Origin: Nitrospiraceae bacterium
Lineage (GTDB): Bacteria; Nitrospirota; Nitrospiria; Nitrospirales; UBA2166
Assembly: GCA_002726235.1 (NCBI GenBank)
Contig: PBSN01000008.1
Coordinates: forward strand, 606,136-670,135
Reading direction: 5' to 3'
Length of the DNA: 64,000 bases
How positions within the stretch are numbered: position 1 is the stretch's first letter; each line of letters starts with the position of its first letter. The translations under genes and the position numbers were made by a program. The notes below the pieces were generated by a model, which did not search any database, was not told the DNA's origin, and saw only the letters and a program-made list of their open reading frames with translations. Of this stretch, positions 31,189 through 40,764 are shown piece after piece.

Positions 31189-32181
31189 ATCCAACACCCC
31201 CGCCCCTTGAATCTTTCCAGCCTTCATGGTCTGAAGCGCAAAGTTTGCTTCTTCAAGACTGAACAATTCCGTATGTGTCCTGATGGGTATCTCCGAAGCA
31301 ATCTGCAGTAAGTCCAACCCATCTTGCTTAGTATTAGCTGTGACACTGCGAATGACCCGCTCGCCAAAAAGCTCTTCATCATAGTTCAAAGATGGGATCG
31401 GACTCATATGGATACCTGCGATTGCCAATGTTCCACCTTTGCCTAACGCTCGCATTGCAAAAGGAACGAGTTCACCAGCTGGTGCAAACATGATGGCACA
31501 GTGTAACTTCTCTCGTGGGACCTCTGATGAACCACCAACCCAAGAGGCTCCAAGTTCAAGGGCCAACACCCTGTGGTGCTCACGCTGCGAGAAAACAGAA
31601 ACAGAGCACCCCCAATGTTTCGCCACCTGAATCGCGATATGTGCCGCAGCACCAAACCCGTAAAAACCCAAATGCTGGCCAGGCCGAATGCCACTAAGTC
31701 GTAATGCTCGATAGCCAATAATCCCGGCGCACAACAACGGTGCCGCTTCTTCATCATGAAACTCATAAGGCATCGTGTACACAAAAGATTCCGAAGCCAC
31801 GATATATTCTGCAAACCCTCCATCGACGTGATACCCTGTAAACGTGCTACGATCACACAGATTTTCACGAGCACTAATGCAGAAATTGCACTTCCCACAT
31901 GTTTTCTGCAACCAAGCCACCCCAACTCGATCCCCCTCGTTAAAATTTCTTACGTCTTCCCCTACTTTATCCACAACACCCACAATCTGATGGCCAGGGA
32001 TCACCGGCCGTTTTGCCTCAGGAAGTTCTCCTTCGACAACATGAAGATCTGTCCGGCACACTCCACACACATGCACCTTCACGCGAATCTGACCGATCAG
32101 TGGCTCCGGCAACAGCACATCCGTAAGAACCAAAGGGTTACTCCCAACTTCAGCCGACTGTTGTAGAACCATGGCTTTCAT
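31174..32181 (-). CDS. Zinc-dependent alcohol dehydrogenase family protein
   Basis: [20 protein letters not shown]...[21 protein letters not shown]. Confidence 0.9.
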   Translation of the reverse strand: MKAMVLQQSAEVGSNPLVLTDVLLPEPLIGQIRVKVHVCGVCRTDLHVVEGELPEAKRPVIPGHQIVGVVDKVGEDVRNFNEGDRVGVAWLQKTCGKCNFCISARENLCDRSTFTGYHVDGGFAEYIVASESFVYTMPYEFHDEEAAPLLCAGIIGYRALRLSGIRPGQHLGFYGFGAAAHIAIQVAKHWGCSVSVFSQREHHRVLALELGASWVGGSSEVPREKLHCAIMFAPAGELVPFAMRALGKGGTLAIAGIHMSPIPSLNYDEELFGERVIRSVTANTKQDGLDLLQIASEIPIRTHTELFSLEEANFALQTMKAGKIQGAGVLDLRRG

Positions 32182-32508
32182 ACAAAAGCTGTGAAACAAT
32201 TATCGAAAAATAAGAGCAGTCGCGATAGAACTAGGAAAAATCATGGAACCAAGACGGCACCCCAGCAGTGGATGAAGATGATCAACCAGCAACGGCTCCA
32301 GTTGCATCCGGTAGCAGACGATCATAAAGAGCAAGATCCATTAGTATAACCGACCCCCATCACACACACTGTCACACAAGTGTGTGCATTGAATCAAGAA
32401 ACGCGCAGAAAGGCGTAGAACATCATTACCAACCCATACTCATTGGACATCCGACCAAGGCTTCGCTAGCATTTGGCGCAGGAAAAATCGCAAATATTGG
32501 GTGATTAT

Positions 32509-33159
32509 ATGACAACAATTTTCCCCTCTTCTTTCGGATTGTTTGTAAGCGCCATGGTTTTCCTCACCTCCAGCCCGTGCTTTGGAGACACTAACGTAGT
32601 CCCTGAAGAGCTACCAACAGTCAACGTCAAGATCCTCATTACGTACCACTCTCTGACTGATAATACGGCAAAAATGGCGCAAGGCGTTGCCGAAGGGGCA
32701 CGTTCTATGGAAGAAGTAGTCGTGGTCGTAAAACCAGTCTCTGCGGTCACCGCCAACGATCTTTTCTCTTCAGATGCGATTATCGTCGGCTCACCAGTGT
32801 ACTGGTCAAACATGGCCGGAGAGGTCAAGACATTCTTTGATAATTGGCAATTCAAGTTCGGTGTTTATCCAGAATTCAAAATGCGAGACAAGGTGGGTGC
32901 GGCCTTTAGTACCGGCGGTGGACGCTCCAACGGCAAGGAACTGACCATGCTGACGATTTTGTCTGCGATGCTGGGAAATCAAATGATCGTCGTGAGCGGA
33001 GGAGGAGCCTTTGGTGCTAGCGCAACAACCGAAGGGGAAAGTCCTGGCATCGACGCGTACGAATATAATGAGGCTCAAACACTGGGGCGACGAGTCGCCG
33101 AAGTCGCATCTCTCGTGAAAGGTGGCCAATTACGCCAAACACGGAAGACAAGCCCATAG
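32509..33159 (+). CDS. WrbA/flavodoxin-like NAD(P)H oxidoreductase with N-terminal signal-like segment
   Basis: YHSLTDNTAKMA, GSPVYW, KVGAAFSTGG, GRRVAE. Confidence 0.8.
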   Translation: MTTIFPSSFGLFVSAMVFLTSSPCFGDTNVVPEELPTVNVKILITYHSLTDNTAKMAQGVAEGARSMEEVVVVVKPVSAVTANDLFSSDAIIVGSPVYWSNMAGEVKTFFDNWQFKFGVYPEFKMRDKVGAAFSTGGGRSNGKELTMLTILSAMLGNQMIVVSGGGAFGASATTEGESPGIDAYEYNEAQTLGRRVAEVASLVKGGQLRQTRKTSP

Positions 33160-33363
33160 ATTCAACACCCCTTATCACTGAGAGGTATTGTCCAGCGTCT
33201 TCTCGTGAATTATCATCTTTCATGCGGCTGACCACAGAGCTTCCAAATAATTCATCCCCCTTAGGAAGGCTGACGATTTCATGACAGACTCGCGAATCGC
33301 CATAGCAACAGTGGATACAATCTCGATTGCAAGCCACTCAAACCATGGCGACACTACTGTCCT

Positions 33364-35097
33364 ATGAAATTTCTAACCCTCATTCAATATTTTGAACGGC
33401 TTGAAGCGACGACCAAGCGTCTTGATATGTTTGAAATTCTTGCCGAGCTTTTTCGTCTCTCCAACGCCAACGAAATCGACAAGATTATTTACCTCGTTCA
33501 AGAACAATTACTCCCTTCGTTCTATACCTTGGAAATGGGCATGTCTGAAAAGTTACTCATCCGAGCAATTACTGATGCATCGGGCAAGGACCTCACTGAG
33601 ATCCAGCAACATTTTCGATCCAGTGGAGACTTAGGGATAACAACGGAGCATTTTTTGAGCGGTCAGCATGGCACCAACCTCGACGTACACACCGTGTATT
33701 CACAACTCTGCGACCTCGCAGAGCTGGCAGGAAAGGGAAGTGTTGAACAAAAGGTTGAAGCGCTCACAGCACTCCTGCATTCCGCAACACCAACCGAAGC
33801 CAAGTACATTAGCCGTTTTGTAGTCGGTCGAATGCGCTTAGGCACAGGAAATGCCACAATACTTGAAGCCTTAAGCCTCGCCAAGACCGGCGAGCGGAAA
33901 CCCAAGACAATCCTCGAACGCGGATTCAATCTCTGTTCGGATCTCGGAATGGTAGGCCGTATTTTGTTTACCGATGGCATTTCTGGAATCGAGAAAATCA
34001 GCCCGACGGTGGGATCCCCTATCCGCATGGCCTTATGCGAGCGTGTTGCAACCCCCGAGGACGTGATTAAGAAAATCGGTCGCTGTTCCGTCGAACCAAA
34101 ATTGGACGGGTTTCGTTGCCAAATTCATAAATCCAAAGAAGAGGTTGAAATTTTCTCACGCAACCTCGAACGCACGACGCCAATGTTCCCTGAACTGGTT
34201 CAGGCCACAAAGACGGCAATCAACGCCGAGAGTATCATCTTCGAAGGTGAGGCCCTCAGCTATGACGATCTGACGGGCGAACTTCAGCCATTCCAAGTCA
34301 CCATACAGCGGAAACGAAAACACGGCATCGTGCAAGCTGCGACGGATATTCCGCTGAAACTCTTTGCGTTTGATCTTCTCTACGTCAACGGCGAGGACTG
34401 GACGAATCGGGCATATTCTGATCGACGCAAGCTATTAAGTTCGTTGATTACAAACAACCCGGTCATCGAACTCGGGCATGCCGATGAGACAGATGATCCT
34501 GCCGAGTTTTCCCGGATATTCCAGACTGCTATCGATAAAGGCGCAGAGGGCGTAGTAGCCAAACGCCTTGACGGCCCATACAAAGCTGGTGCACGAGATT
34601 TCAACTGGATCAAACTTAAACGTAGCTACAAAGGAACGCTGGCCGATACGGTAGACGTATGTCTAGTCGGCTATTTCAGTGGAAAAGGCACACGTGCTGA
34701 ATTCGGTATCGGAGCGGTACTTGCAACTGTCTACGATCCCAATACTGATACGTTTAAAACAGTCTCTCGAATCGGCTCAGGATTCTCCCAAGAGGACTGG
34801 GGCCGACTGCGCAAAGTTCTTGACTCCCATGCCTCAGAATCAATGCCACCACGTGTAGTCTCAACACTCACCCCTAACGTGTGGGTTCATCCCCACACCG
34901 TGATCACAGTAATGGCTGATGAAATCACCCGCTCAGCAATGCATACCTGTGGAAAAGATGAAAATGGCATTGGATATGCACTGCGGTTTCCTCGCGCACA
35001 AGGGTTTATTCGCAGTGACAAGAATCCTGAAGACGCAACAACCGTTTCCGAAATCATCACCATGTCGGAAAGCCAAAAACTCATAAAGCTGGCATGA
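33364..35097 (+). CDS. ATP-dependent DNA ligase (three-domain, archaeal/LigB-like)
   Basis: N-terminal DNA-binding domain, motif I EPKLDG, EGE, FAFDLL, EGVVAK, WIKLK, motif VI ALRFPR. Confidence 0.92.
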   Translation: MKFLTLIQYFERLEATTKRLDMFEILAELFRLSNANEIDKIIYLVQEQLLPSFYTLEMGMSEKLLIRAITDASGKDLTEIQQHFRSSGDLGITTEHFLSGQHGTNLDVHTVYSQLCDLAELAGKGSVEQKVEALTALLHSATPTEAKYISRFVVGRMRLGTGNATILEALSLAKTGERKPKTILERGFNLCSDLGMVGRILFTDGISGIEKISPTVGSPIRMALCERVATPEDVIKKIGRCSVEPKLDGFRCQIHKSKEEVEIFSRNLERTTPMFPELVQATKTAINAESIIFEGEALSYDDLTGELQPFQVTIQRKRKHGIVQAATDIPLKLFAFDLLYVNGEDWTNRAYSDRRKLLSSLITNNPVIELGHADETDDPAEFSRIFQTAIDKGAEGVVAKRLDGPYKAGARDFNWIKLKRSYKGTLADTVDVCLVGYFSGKGTRAEFGIGAVLATVYDPNTDTFKTVSRIGSGFSQEDWGRLRKVLDSHASESMPPRVVSTLTPNVWVHPHTVITVMADEITRSAMHTCGKDENGIGYALRFPRAQGFIRSDKNPEDATTVSEIITMSESQKLIKLA

Positions 35098-35252
35098 GAT
35101 CTTGAGGCTGTTCGCAAATATACCTACCCAAAGACTTGACTGCGGGTTAAAGGAAAAGGGTATTATTTAAAATATCACGCCATAGGAGAAATACATCACC
35201 ACCGTTAACAGAGGCTCAGTGTCATTTTTCCGAACAATTTAAGGAGGATACA

Positions 35253-35678
35253 ATGCGAAAATACACGAATATTCTCGTCACAATCCTTGTTCTTGGATGT
35301 ATTGCGTTCACCGCAGGAGGCGCAATCGCAGACAGCGACCATGGCCATGGCCATGGCCCCGATGAGGCAATGGGCCACCTAAACGCGGCGATTTCTCACG
35401 CAAAGGGTGCGGTCATGCATGGTGGAGAGGGACATGCGGGAGAAGTATCGAAGCATGCTGCAGAATCCATTGCACACGCGAAAGGAGCTATTCACAGCAT
35501 GCCTTCTAAAAATCCCCATGGGGCAGAAGCTATATCACACATCAAGGAAGCTGTAACGCACCTGCAGGCTGCGGTAAAACACGGGGACCAAGGACATGCT
35601 GACCAAGCCACGAGTCACGCGAACGAAGGTGTCAACCATCTTGGTGGCGCGGCAATGCACGCAAAAGAAGTACACTAA
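35253..35678 (+). CDS. His-rich periplasmic small metal-binding protein (SmbP-like)
   Basis: Signal peptide, then helical heptads HxxxAxxHA; AAGGAGG RBS. Confidence 0.75.
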   Translation: MRKYTNILVTILVLGCIAFTAGGAIADSDHGHGHGPDEAMGHLNAAISHAKGAVMHGGEGHAGEVSKHAAESIAHAKGAIHSMPSKNPHGAEAISHIKEAVTHLQAAVKHGDQGHADQATSHANEGVNHLGGAAMHAKEVH

Positions 35679-35794
35679 CAAGATGTTGAAACAGTCCTCC
35701 AGCAGCGTTCTCGACCCTTTGTCGTCTTCCCGTGGACACTCCGAACTTCACAGTCCATTCGGCCCTGCTGAACAGATGATTTTTAATATCCTGC
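35675..35794 (-). repeat. Inverted-repeat element copy (opposite orientation)
   Basis: Reverse complement gcaggatattaaaaa...cagcagggccg...gagaacgctgctggaggactgtttcaacatcttgttag. Confidence 0.7.
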
Positions 35795-35850
35795 AGATTG
35801 TGTGAATACCTCGCGGGGTGACGTGAAATCGTCACCCCGTTATTTTACAC

Positions 35851-36561
35851 TCAGTGCCCCATACCATGCCCACTGCTGCCGTGATGGCCTTTCTTGCCAT
35901 GATGGCCCTTGCCCAAACCGGCATGACCATGACCCATCATGTGACCATGTACCATCGTTGAAAACTGTTCCTGCTGTTCAGTCGTCAGCTCCTTCTTCAC
36001 GTTCAAAAAGGCATCAATCCTGGCCATCATCAGCTCACCTTTCAAATGTCCAATTGATTCGACAATTGCTTGGAGCTGCCCTCGATCGGGATTAGGCGAA
36101 TCGATGAGGAGACCAAGGTCAATTTCTGCAATCCGAACATTTGCTTTCTTTTGAATAACCGCTTTCTTGTAATCGGCTTCAACCGGTCGGAGCGCGGCGA
36201 CTTGTGATTTCGTAAGGTGCAACTTTTTCTTCAGCATCTGCAAAGAAAATGCATGGTGATGCGTGTCACCATGCATACCCTCATGCCCATATTTTTTGCC
36301 ATGCCCATATTTTTTGCCATGCCCGTCTTTTTTGCCATGCCCATATTTTTTGCCATGCCCGTCTTTCTTCCCGTGCCCGCGAATCTCTCCATGATGTCCC
36401 TTCTTCCCATGGTAGTCGCCGTCGTAGGCCTCTCCATATTCCATATCCATAGAAAAATGTTTCCCATGCTTCCCTTCATCAGCAACGGCGCCATTGGCAA
36501 AGAGAAGAAGCAGGACAGCACAAAACCCGACAATTCCACGATGTGTGTGTGTATGATTCAT
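35851..36561 (-). CDS. His/Lys-rich periplasmic Spy/CpxP/ZraP-like protein
   Basis: Signal peptide (ANGAVA), GHGKK[DY] repeats, LHLTKSQ and LTTEQ (LTxxQ motifs), His-rich tail; GGAGG RBS. Confidence 0.8.
   Translation of the reverse strand: MNHTHTHRGIVGFCAVLLLLFANGAVADEGKHGKHFSMDMEYGEAYDGDYHGKKGHHGEIRGHGKKDGHGKKYGHGKKDGHGKKYGHGKKYGHEGMHGDTHHHAFSLQMLKKKLHLTKSQVAALRPVEADYKKAVIQKKANVRIAEIDLGLLIDSPNPDRGQLQAIVESIGHLKGELMMARIDAFLNVKKELTTEQQEQFSTMVHGHMMGHGHAGLGKGHHGKKGHHGSSGHGMGH
36282..36378. repeat. 18-bp tandem repeat (five copies plus a partial) encoding GHGKK[DY]
   Basis: catgcccrtmttttttgc units at 36282, 36300, 36318, 36336 and 36354. Confidence 0.9.
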
Positions 36562-36664
36562 CTTCGATCCTCCTTGTGATGCAAACAATATCGTTGAGAT
36601 TGCCCTTTTACAAACCAGCTTCATGTGGAGAGGCATGATCTCACAAACCACCGCATGCTTGTTA

Positions 36665-37321
36665 TTAAATTTTTCGATACGCCTTACAAAACTCCTGCAT
36701 CGGACATTGGAGACATACCGGGACTTTCGCCGAACAGATGCATGCCCCGAAATCCATCAATGCTTGGTTAAAGTCGTAGGTACGGCCACGCGGAAGGAGC
36801 CCATCGGACAATGCCCACATCATCGCATCCGAAGGCTTCGTACGTGGTTTGCCGAGAAACACACGAAGCACCACCCGGCGCACGTTGGTATCTAAGATAG
36901 GCACATCCTGTTTAAAGGCAAACGAGCGAATTGCACCTGACGTATATCGCCCGATTCCCTTGAACGACTGAAGTTCTTCGTCGCTGTGTGGAAGCTGGCC
37001 ATCGTAATGTGCGACGGTTTCCCGAGCGATGGTATGGAGCTGTATCGGCCTGATGTTATAGCCCAACGGATACCATATTTTCTTAACATCCTGCACGCGG
37101 GCTTTTGCAAGCGCCTGCAGCGTGGGGTACTTGGAGAGAAATTCATGGTATTTCGGCACCACCCGATCAACCTGCGTTTGTTGCAGCATAACCTCAGAGA
37201 CCAGAATCGAATACGGATCTGAAGTTTCGCGCCAAGGTAATTCGCGCGCATTCTTTCGATACCAGCGCAATAATTTCTGCTGAAATCTGCTTTTCAGATG
37301 TCTGGGAATAGCACGCAACAC
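36665..37321 (-). CDS. mutY: Short MutY-like HhH-GPD DNA glycosylase
   Basis: RELPWR, VSEVMLQQTQV, GIGRYT, LDTNVRR, FNQALMDFG, C-x6-C-x2-C-x5-C; no C-terminal NUDIX-like domain. Confidence 0.8.
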   Translation of the reverse strand: MLRAIPRHLKSRFQQKLLRWYRKNARELPWRETSDPYSILVSEVMLQQTQVDRVVPKYHEFLSKYPTLQALAKARVQDVKKIWYPLGYNIRPIQLHTIARETVAHYDGQLPHSDEELQSFKGIGRYTSGAIRSFAFKQDVPILDTNVRRVVLRVFLGKPRTKPSDAMMWALSDGLLPRGRTYDFNQALMDFGACICSAKVPVCLQCPMQEFCKAYRKI

Positions 37322-37332
37322 AACTTACGATT

Positions 37333-37370
37333 CTAACAGGATAGTAAAAATGGCCGCCAGCCCTGTTTTC
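37333..37370. repeat. Partial inverted-repeat element end
   Basis: ctaacaggatagtaaaaatggccgccagc resembles ctaacaagatgttgaaacagtcctccagc at 35675. Confidence 0.5.
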
Positions 37371-37574
37371 ACAACACGCAAAAATCACTTTCTCCCACTT
37401 TACGGAAGATCAATGCACGGCAACCACAGCACAATGACAAAATATATGTAACCATCCCTATGGCATCACAAATCACGTTGAACGTTAGCTCAAATGCTCA
37501 ACAATGGGGCCTATGTTTTTGGACACGATGAAAAACTTGTGGTAGCTTCACCTAGAACCATCCGTGGAGGCACA

Positions 37575-38315
37575 GTGACGAAACACCTAGCCTACCTCTA
37601 TCAGTTGCCACCCACCCCCTATGAGGAAGCCTGGCAACTCCAACAAACTATTCATAGCGAACGTGTCGATGACAAGACAAACGACACCCTTCTTCTGCTG
37701 GAACATCTACCAACTTACACCGTAGGACGACGCGTCAAGGACGCACTCCGCCTAATCAATGAAGATGCTCGGATCAAACATAGCATTCCCATTTACCAGA
37801 CCGAACGAGGAGGACTTATCACCTACCACGGACCAGGACAGCTTGTGGGATACCCCATTCTTAAACTCAAGACATACTGCCGCGGCCCAAAAACCTACAT
37901 GCACCTACTCGAGGAAGTCTTGATTCGCCTCCTTCACGATTTTGGCCTTCAAGCACACCGACGTGACCACTGCATAGGCGTTTGGATTGCAGACCGAAAG
38001 ATCGCGGCACTGGGCGTCCATGTCAGCCGTGGAGTGACCATGCACGGATTTGCGTTGAACGTCATGAACGATCTTCAAGCATATGATTGGATCATCCCCT
38101 GCGGGATCGAAGGATGCAAGGTGACCACCATGGCCAAGGAACTAGGAAGAGACGTTAGATTACCCTCAGTCTCAGATCGGCTATGCGCTATTTTTGCGGA
38201 GACCTTCGGGGTTCTATTTCAACAAGAACGATCCAAAGATGTTCTGTGGAAACATTCAAATCAAGTGCACCTAGGCCTAAAAAAGCAACCCCATCCAACA
38301 GCCCAAGCACCATAG
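37575..38315 (+). CDS. lipB: Octanoyltransferase
   Basis: LLEHLPTYTVGR, RGGLITYHGPGQLVGYP, KIAALG, HGFALN, IIPCG; GGAGG before GTG. Confidence 0.93.
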   Translation: MTKHLAYLYQLPPTPYEEAWQLQQTIHSERVDDKTNDTLLLLEHLPTYTVGRRVKDALRLINEDARIKHSIPIYQTERGGLITYHGPGQLVGYPILKLKTYCRGPKTYMHLLEEVLIRLLHDFGLQAHRRDHCIGVWIADRKIAALGVHVSRGVTMHGFALNVMNDLQAYDWIIPCGIEGCKVTTMAKELGRDVRLPSVSDRLCAIFAETFGVLFQQERSKDVLWKHSNQVHLGLKKQPHPTAQAP

Positions 38316-38748
38316 CCGATTGTATTTGAACGTCGATACATTCTGCGAGTACCAAGTCTCATGACCCTACGCTACCGCCGACTAACCTTCTAGATCTGCC
38401 ACCATGTAATACGCAAGGATCCACCGGATTGCGAGTAGTCCGAAGCTGGATTTTTCGTGAGAGAATCCATTTTAAATCCAGCGTTCATAATTTCACCGTA
38501 AATTTACGCCGCAACGTAACGTGGTTCTTTTTGAGCCATCTGCTCATAGTGTTTCTCCGGTATATGAGACACATCCAACCTTACCAATGAGCAGAAATTT
38601 TACTTGCCGCGCTGTACAGATTTCCAGACCCACCTCGATATATAGCATATGCAGTTTCTTTCCAGGCTTGAGATTGCCAGACTCTCATATTCTCTTAGGG
38701 CGATATCCTGAGACTGTAGCGACAATCCCTCAGTTCCACATCAAGACC

Positions 38749-39516
38749 CTAAAACTCTGCCCACATAACGGTGTGATCGGAAGGATTCTCCATATTTCGC
38801 GGCATTATGTCGACCTCTGCTTTGACACATTTCTTCGCTAGCAATGGCGTAGCGAGGATATGGTCAACGCGCCACCCCCGATTCTCAATCAACGTGTTTG
38901 GCTGACGATAATCCCAGAAAGTGTACTGCAAACGATCGGGATGTAATTTCCGAAAGACATCGGTAAATCCCCATGCCACAGTCTCATGGTAGACTCGACG
39001 CACGTCTTCGTGAAAACAGACGTGTTTGAGTTTCGTTGTTGGCCTGTCAACATCGATCGACTCAGGGGCAACGTTCAGATCACCACACCAAATTGCAGGT
39101 TTTGTAATGGAAAGGTGCTTTGAAAAGTACGCACGTAAACGCTTGTACCACTCTAACTTGTAGGAGTACTTTGGGGAATCGAGACTGGCTCCCTGGGGGA
39201 CATAAGTATTGACGATGGTGATTCCATCAACCGTCACTCGAAGGAGACGAGCTTCATCAGGTTCTCCCCCATCATCAAATCCGTATGACACATTTTTTGG
39301 CGCGTTCAAACTCAAGACGGCCACACCATTGTATGACTTCATCCCACGAAAAGTCACATAGTATCCAGACTCGTCAAACGCAGACAGCGGAAACTCAGAA
39401 TCCTGTACTTTTGTCTCTTGCAGACAGAGAACATCAGGTGTGTTGCGCTTCAGCCATTGAAGCACGATAGGAAGTCGTTTCCGAATGGAATTTACATTAA
39501 ACGTCGCGAGTTTCAA
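38749..39516 (-). CDS. xth: Exodeoxyribonuclease III / AP endonuclease
   Basis: ATFNVNSIR, LQETK, YVPQG, GDLNVA, RVDH, SDH. Confidence 0.95.
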   Translation of the reverse strand: MKLATFNVNSIRKRLPIVLQWLKRNTPDVLCLQETKVQDSEFPLSAFDESGYYVTFRGMKSYNGVAVLSLNAPKNVSYGFDDGGEPDEARLLRVTVDGITIVNTYVPQGASLDSPKYSYKLEWYKRLRAYFSKHLSITKPAIWCGDLNVAPESIDVDRPTTKLKHVCFHEDVRRVYHETVAWGFTDVFRKLHPDRLQYTFWDYRQPNTLIENRGWRVDHILATPLLAKKCVKAEVDIMPRNMENPSDHTVMWAEF

Positions 39517-40250
39517 TCAGGAACTCCGCGGCCCCAATCCGCCCACATACGATCTACAACTAGGCGATGAACAATCGCATTGGGTCCAAGCGTTGCCAAG
39601 TACACCGCAGTCTCGGCGATATCAAATGGGTCGATCAGGCCGCTTTTCTCTCTTTCTTCTCTTGACGCATCAACCAGTTCATCTGCAACCCGCCCAGGAC
39701 AGATCGCCGCAACCCTAATCTTGTGCGGACGCCCTTCATCCGCCAACGCTTGAGTGAGTCCAAGGATACCGAATTTTGAGGCGCTGTAGGTTCCAGTTCC
39801 AGACCACGATTCTACACCTGCGACACTCGACATATTGATGATGTTTCCGCCACCGCTTTGCTTCATCACGCGAACTCCTTCACGACAACAGAAAAACATC
39901 CCTCGAAGATTGGTATTCATGACGTGATCGAATGTGTCCGTTGCTGTCTCCACAATGTGTTCGCCAAGAAGAATGCCGGCATTGTTAACGAGGATATCGA
40001 TTTTCCCAAATTGCCTCACCGTTTCCGAGATAAGGTGAGTCACCTGTGCTTCATCTGTTACGTCGGTCTGGATCACAGCTGCTTGGCCACCACGCGCGCG
40101 AATCGTTGCTGCACCTTGATCACACAATTCAATCCGTCGAGCCGCAATGACAACAGTCGCTCCTTCTTCCGCAAATCTTAAGGCAATAGCTTTTCCGATA
40201 CCGCTGCTACTGCCTGTGACAATTGCTATCTTATTCTCCAAACGCTTCAC
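39513..40250 (-). CDS. Short-chain dehydrogenase/reductase
   Basis: TGSSSGIG, NNAG, YSASK. Confidence 0.9.
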   Translation of the reverse strand: MKRLENKIAIVTGSSSGIGKAIALRFAEEGATVVIAARRIELCDQGAATIRARGGQAAVIQTDVTDEAQVTHLISETVRQFGKIDILVNNAGILLGEHIVETATDTFDHVMNTNLRGMFFCCREGVRVMKQSGGGNIINMSSVAGVESWSGTGTYSASKFGILGLTQALADEGRPHKIRVAAICPGRVADELVDASREEREKSGLIDPFDIAETAVYLATLGPNAIVHRLVVDRMWADWGRGVPD

Positions 40251-40261
40251 TACTTTACTTT

Positions 40262-40579
40262 CTACGCTCGATACTCAATGCCATACCGAGGATCTGATAT
40301 TTTTTTTCCGCGGCACTGCGGACACCGGCTGGGTCGAGTGAGTCGAGTACGGGTGAGAAACTCATAGCCACACTCGTGGCAACCCGAAGGCTCCATCACG
40401 AAGCGTCGCGACTTATCGCGAGATACTGACCGAAGAATGTGTGGCATATGACCGTCAACCTGGCGTTGAGGAATCCCAAACTGTGCCGATAGCTCACGAG
40501 CAGAGCATAACGTCCCCATAAGCCGCTGCATGATCTGTTGCCGGATGGTGAACTGGTTATCACACATGGATGATGCCAT
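40262..40579 (-). CDS. HTH / Zn-ribbon transcriptional regulator (COG3357-like)
   Basis: TIRQQI...SARELS HTH, then CHECGYEF...PSRCPQC. Confidence 0.75.
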   Translation of the reverse strand: MASSMCDNQFTIRQQIMQRLMGTLCSARELSAQFGIPQRQVDGHMPHILRSVSRDKSRRFVMEPSGCHECGYEFLTRTRLTRPSRCPQCRGKKISDPRYGIEYRA

Positions 40580-40764
40580 GTCAAAGGGATGCCTGCCGCA
40601 TCAAAAAAGGCATTATCGACTCAGCATATGAGTACAAGCATGTCTGGCGGAAAAATCAGCGTCTAGGGAAATGCCGAAAATGAGGAGTGCAACACCACCA
40701 GCGACATCATGATCGCGATTGATTGAAGAAGCCTGCGGTAATTTCTTAAAATAACGAAGTCTCC

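Noticed and set aside
36282..36378. 18-bp repeats as CRISPR or iterons
   Set aside because: Contiguous, spacerless and in frame within a coding sequence
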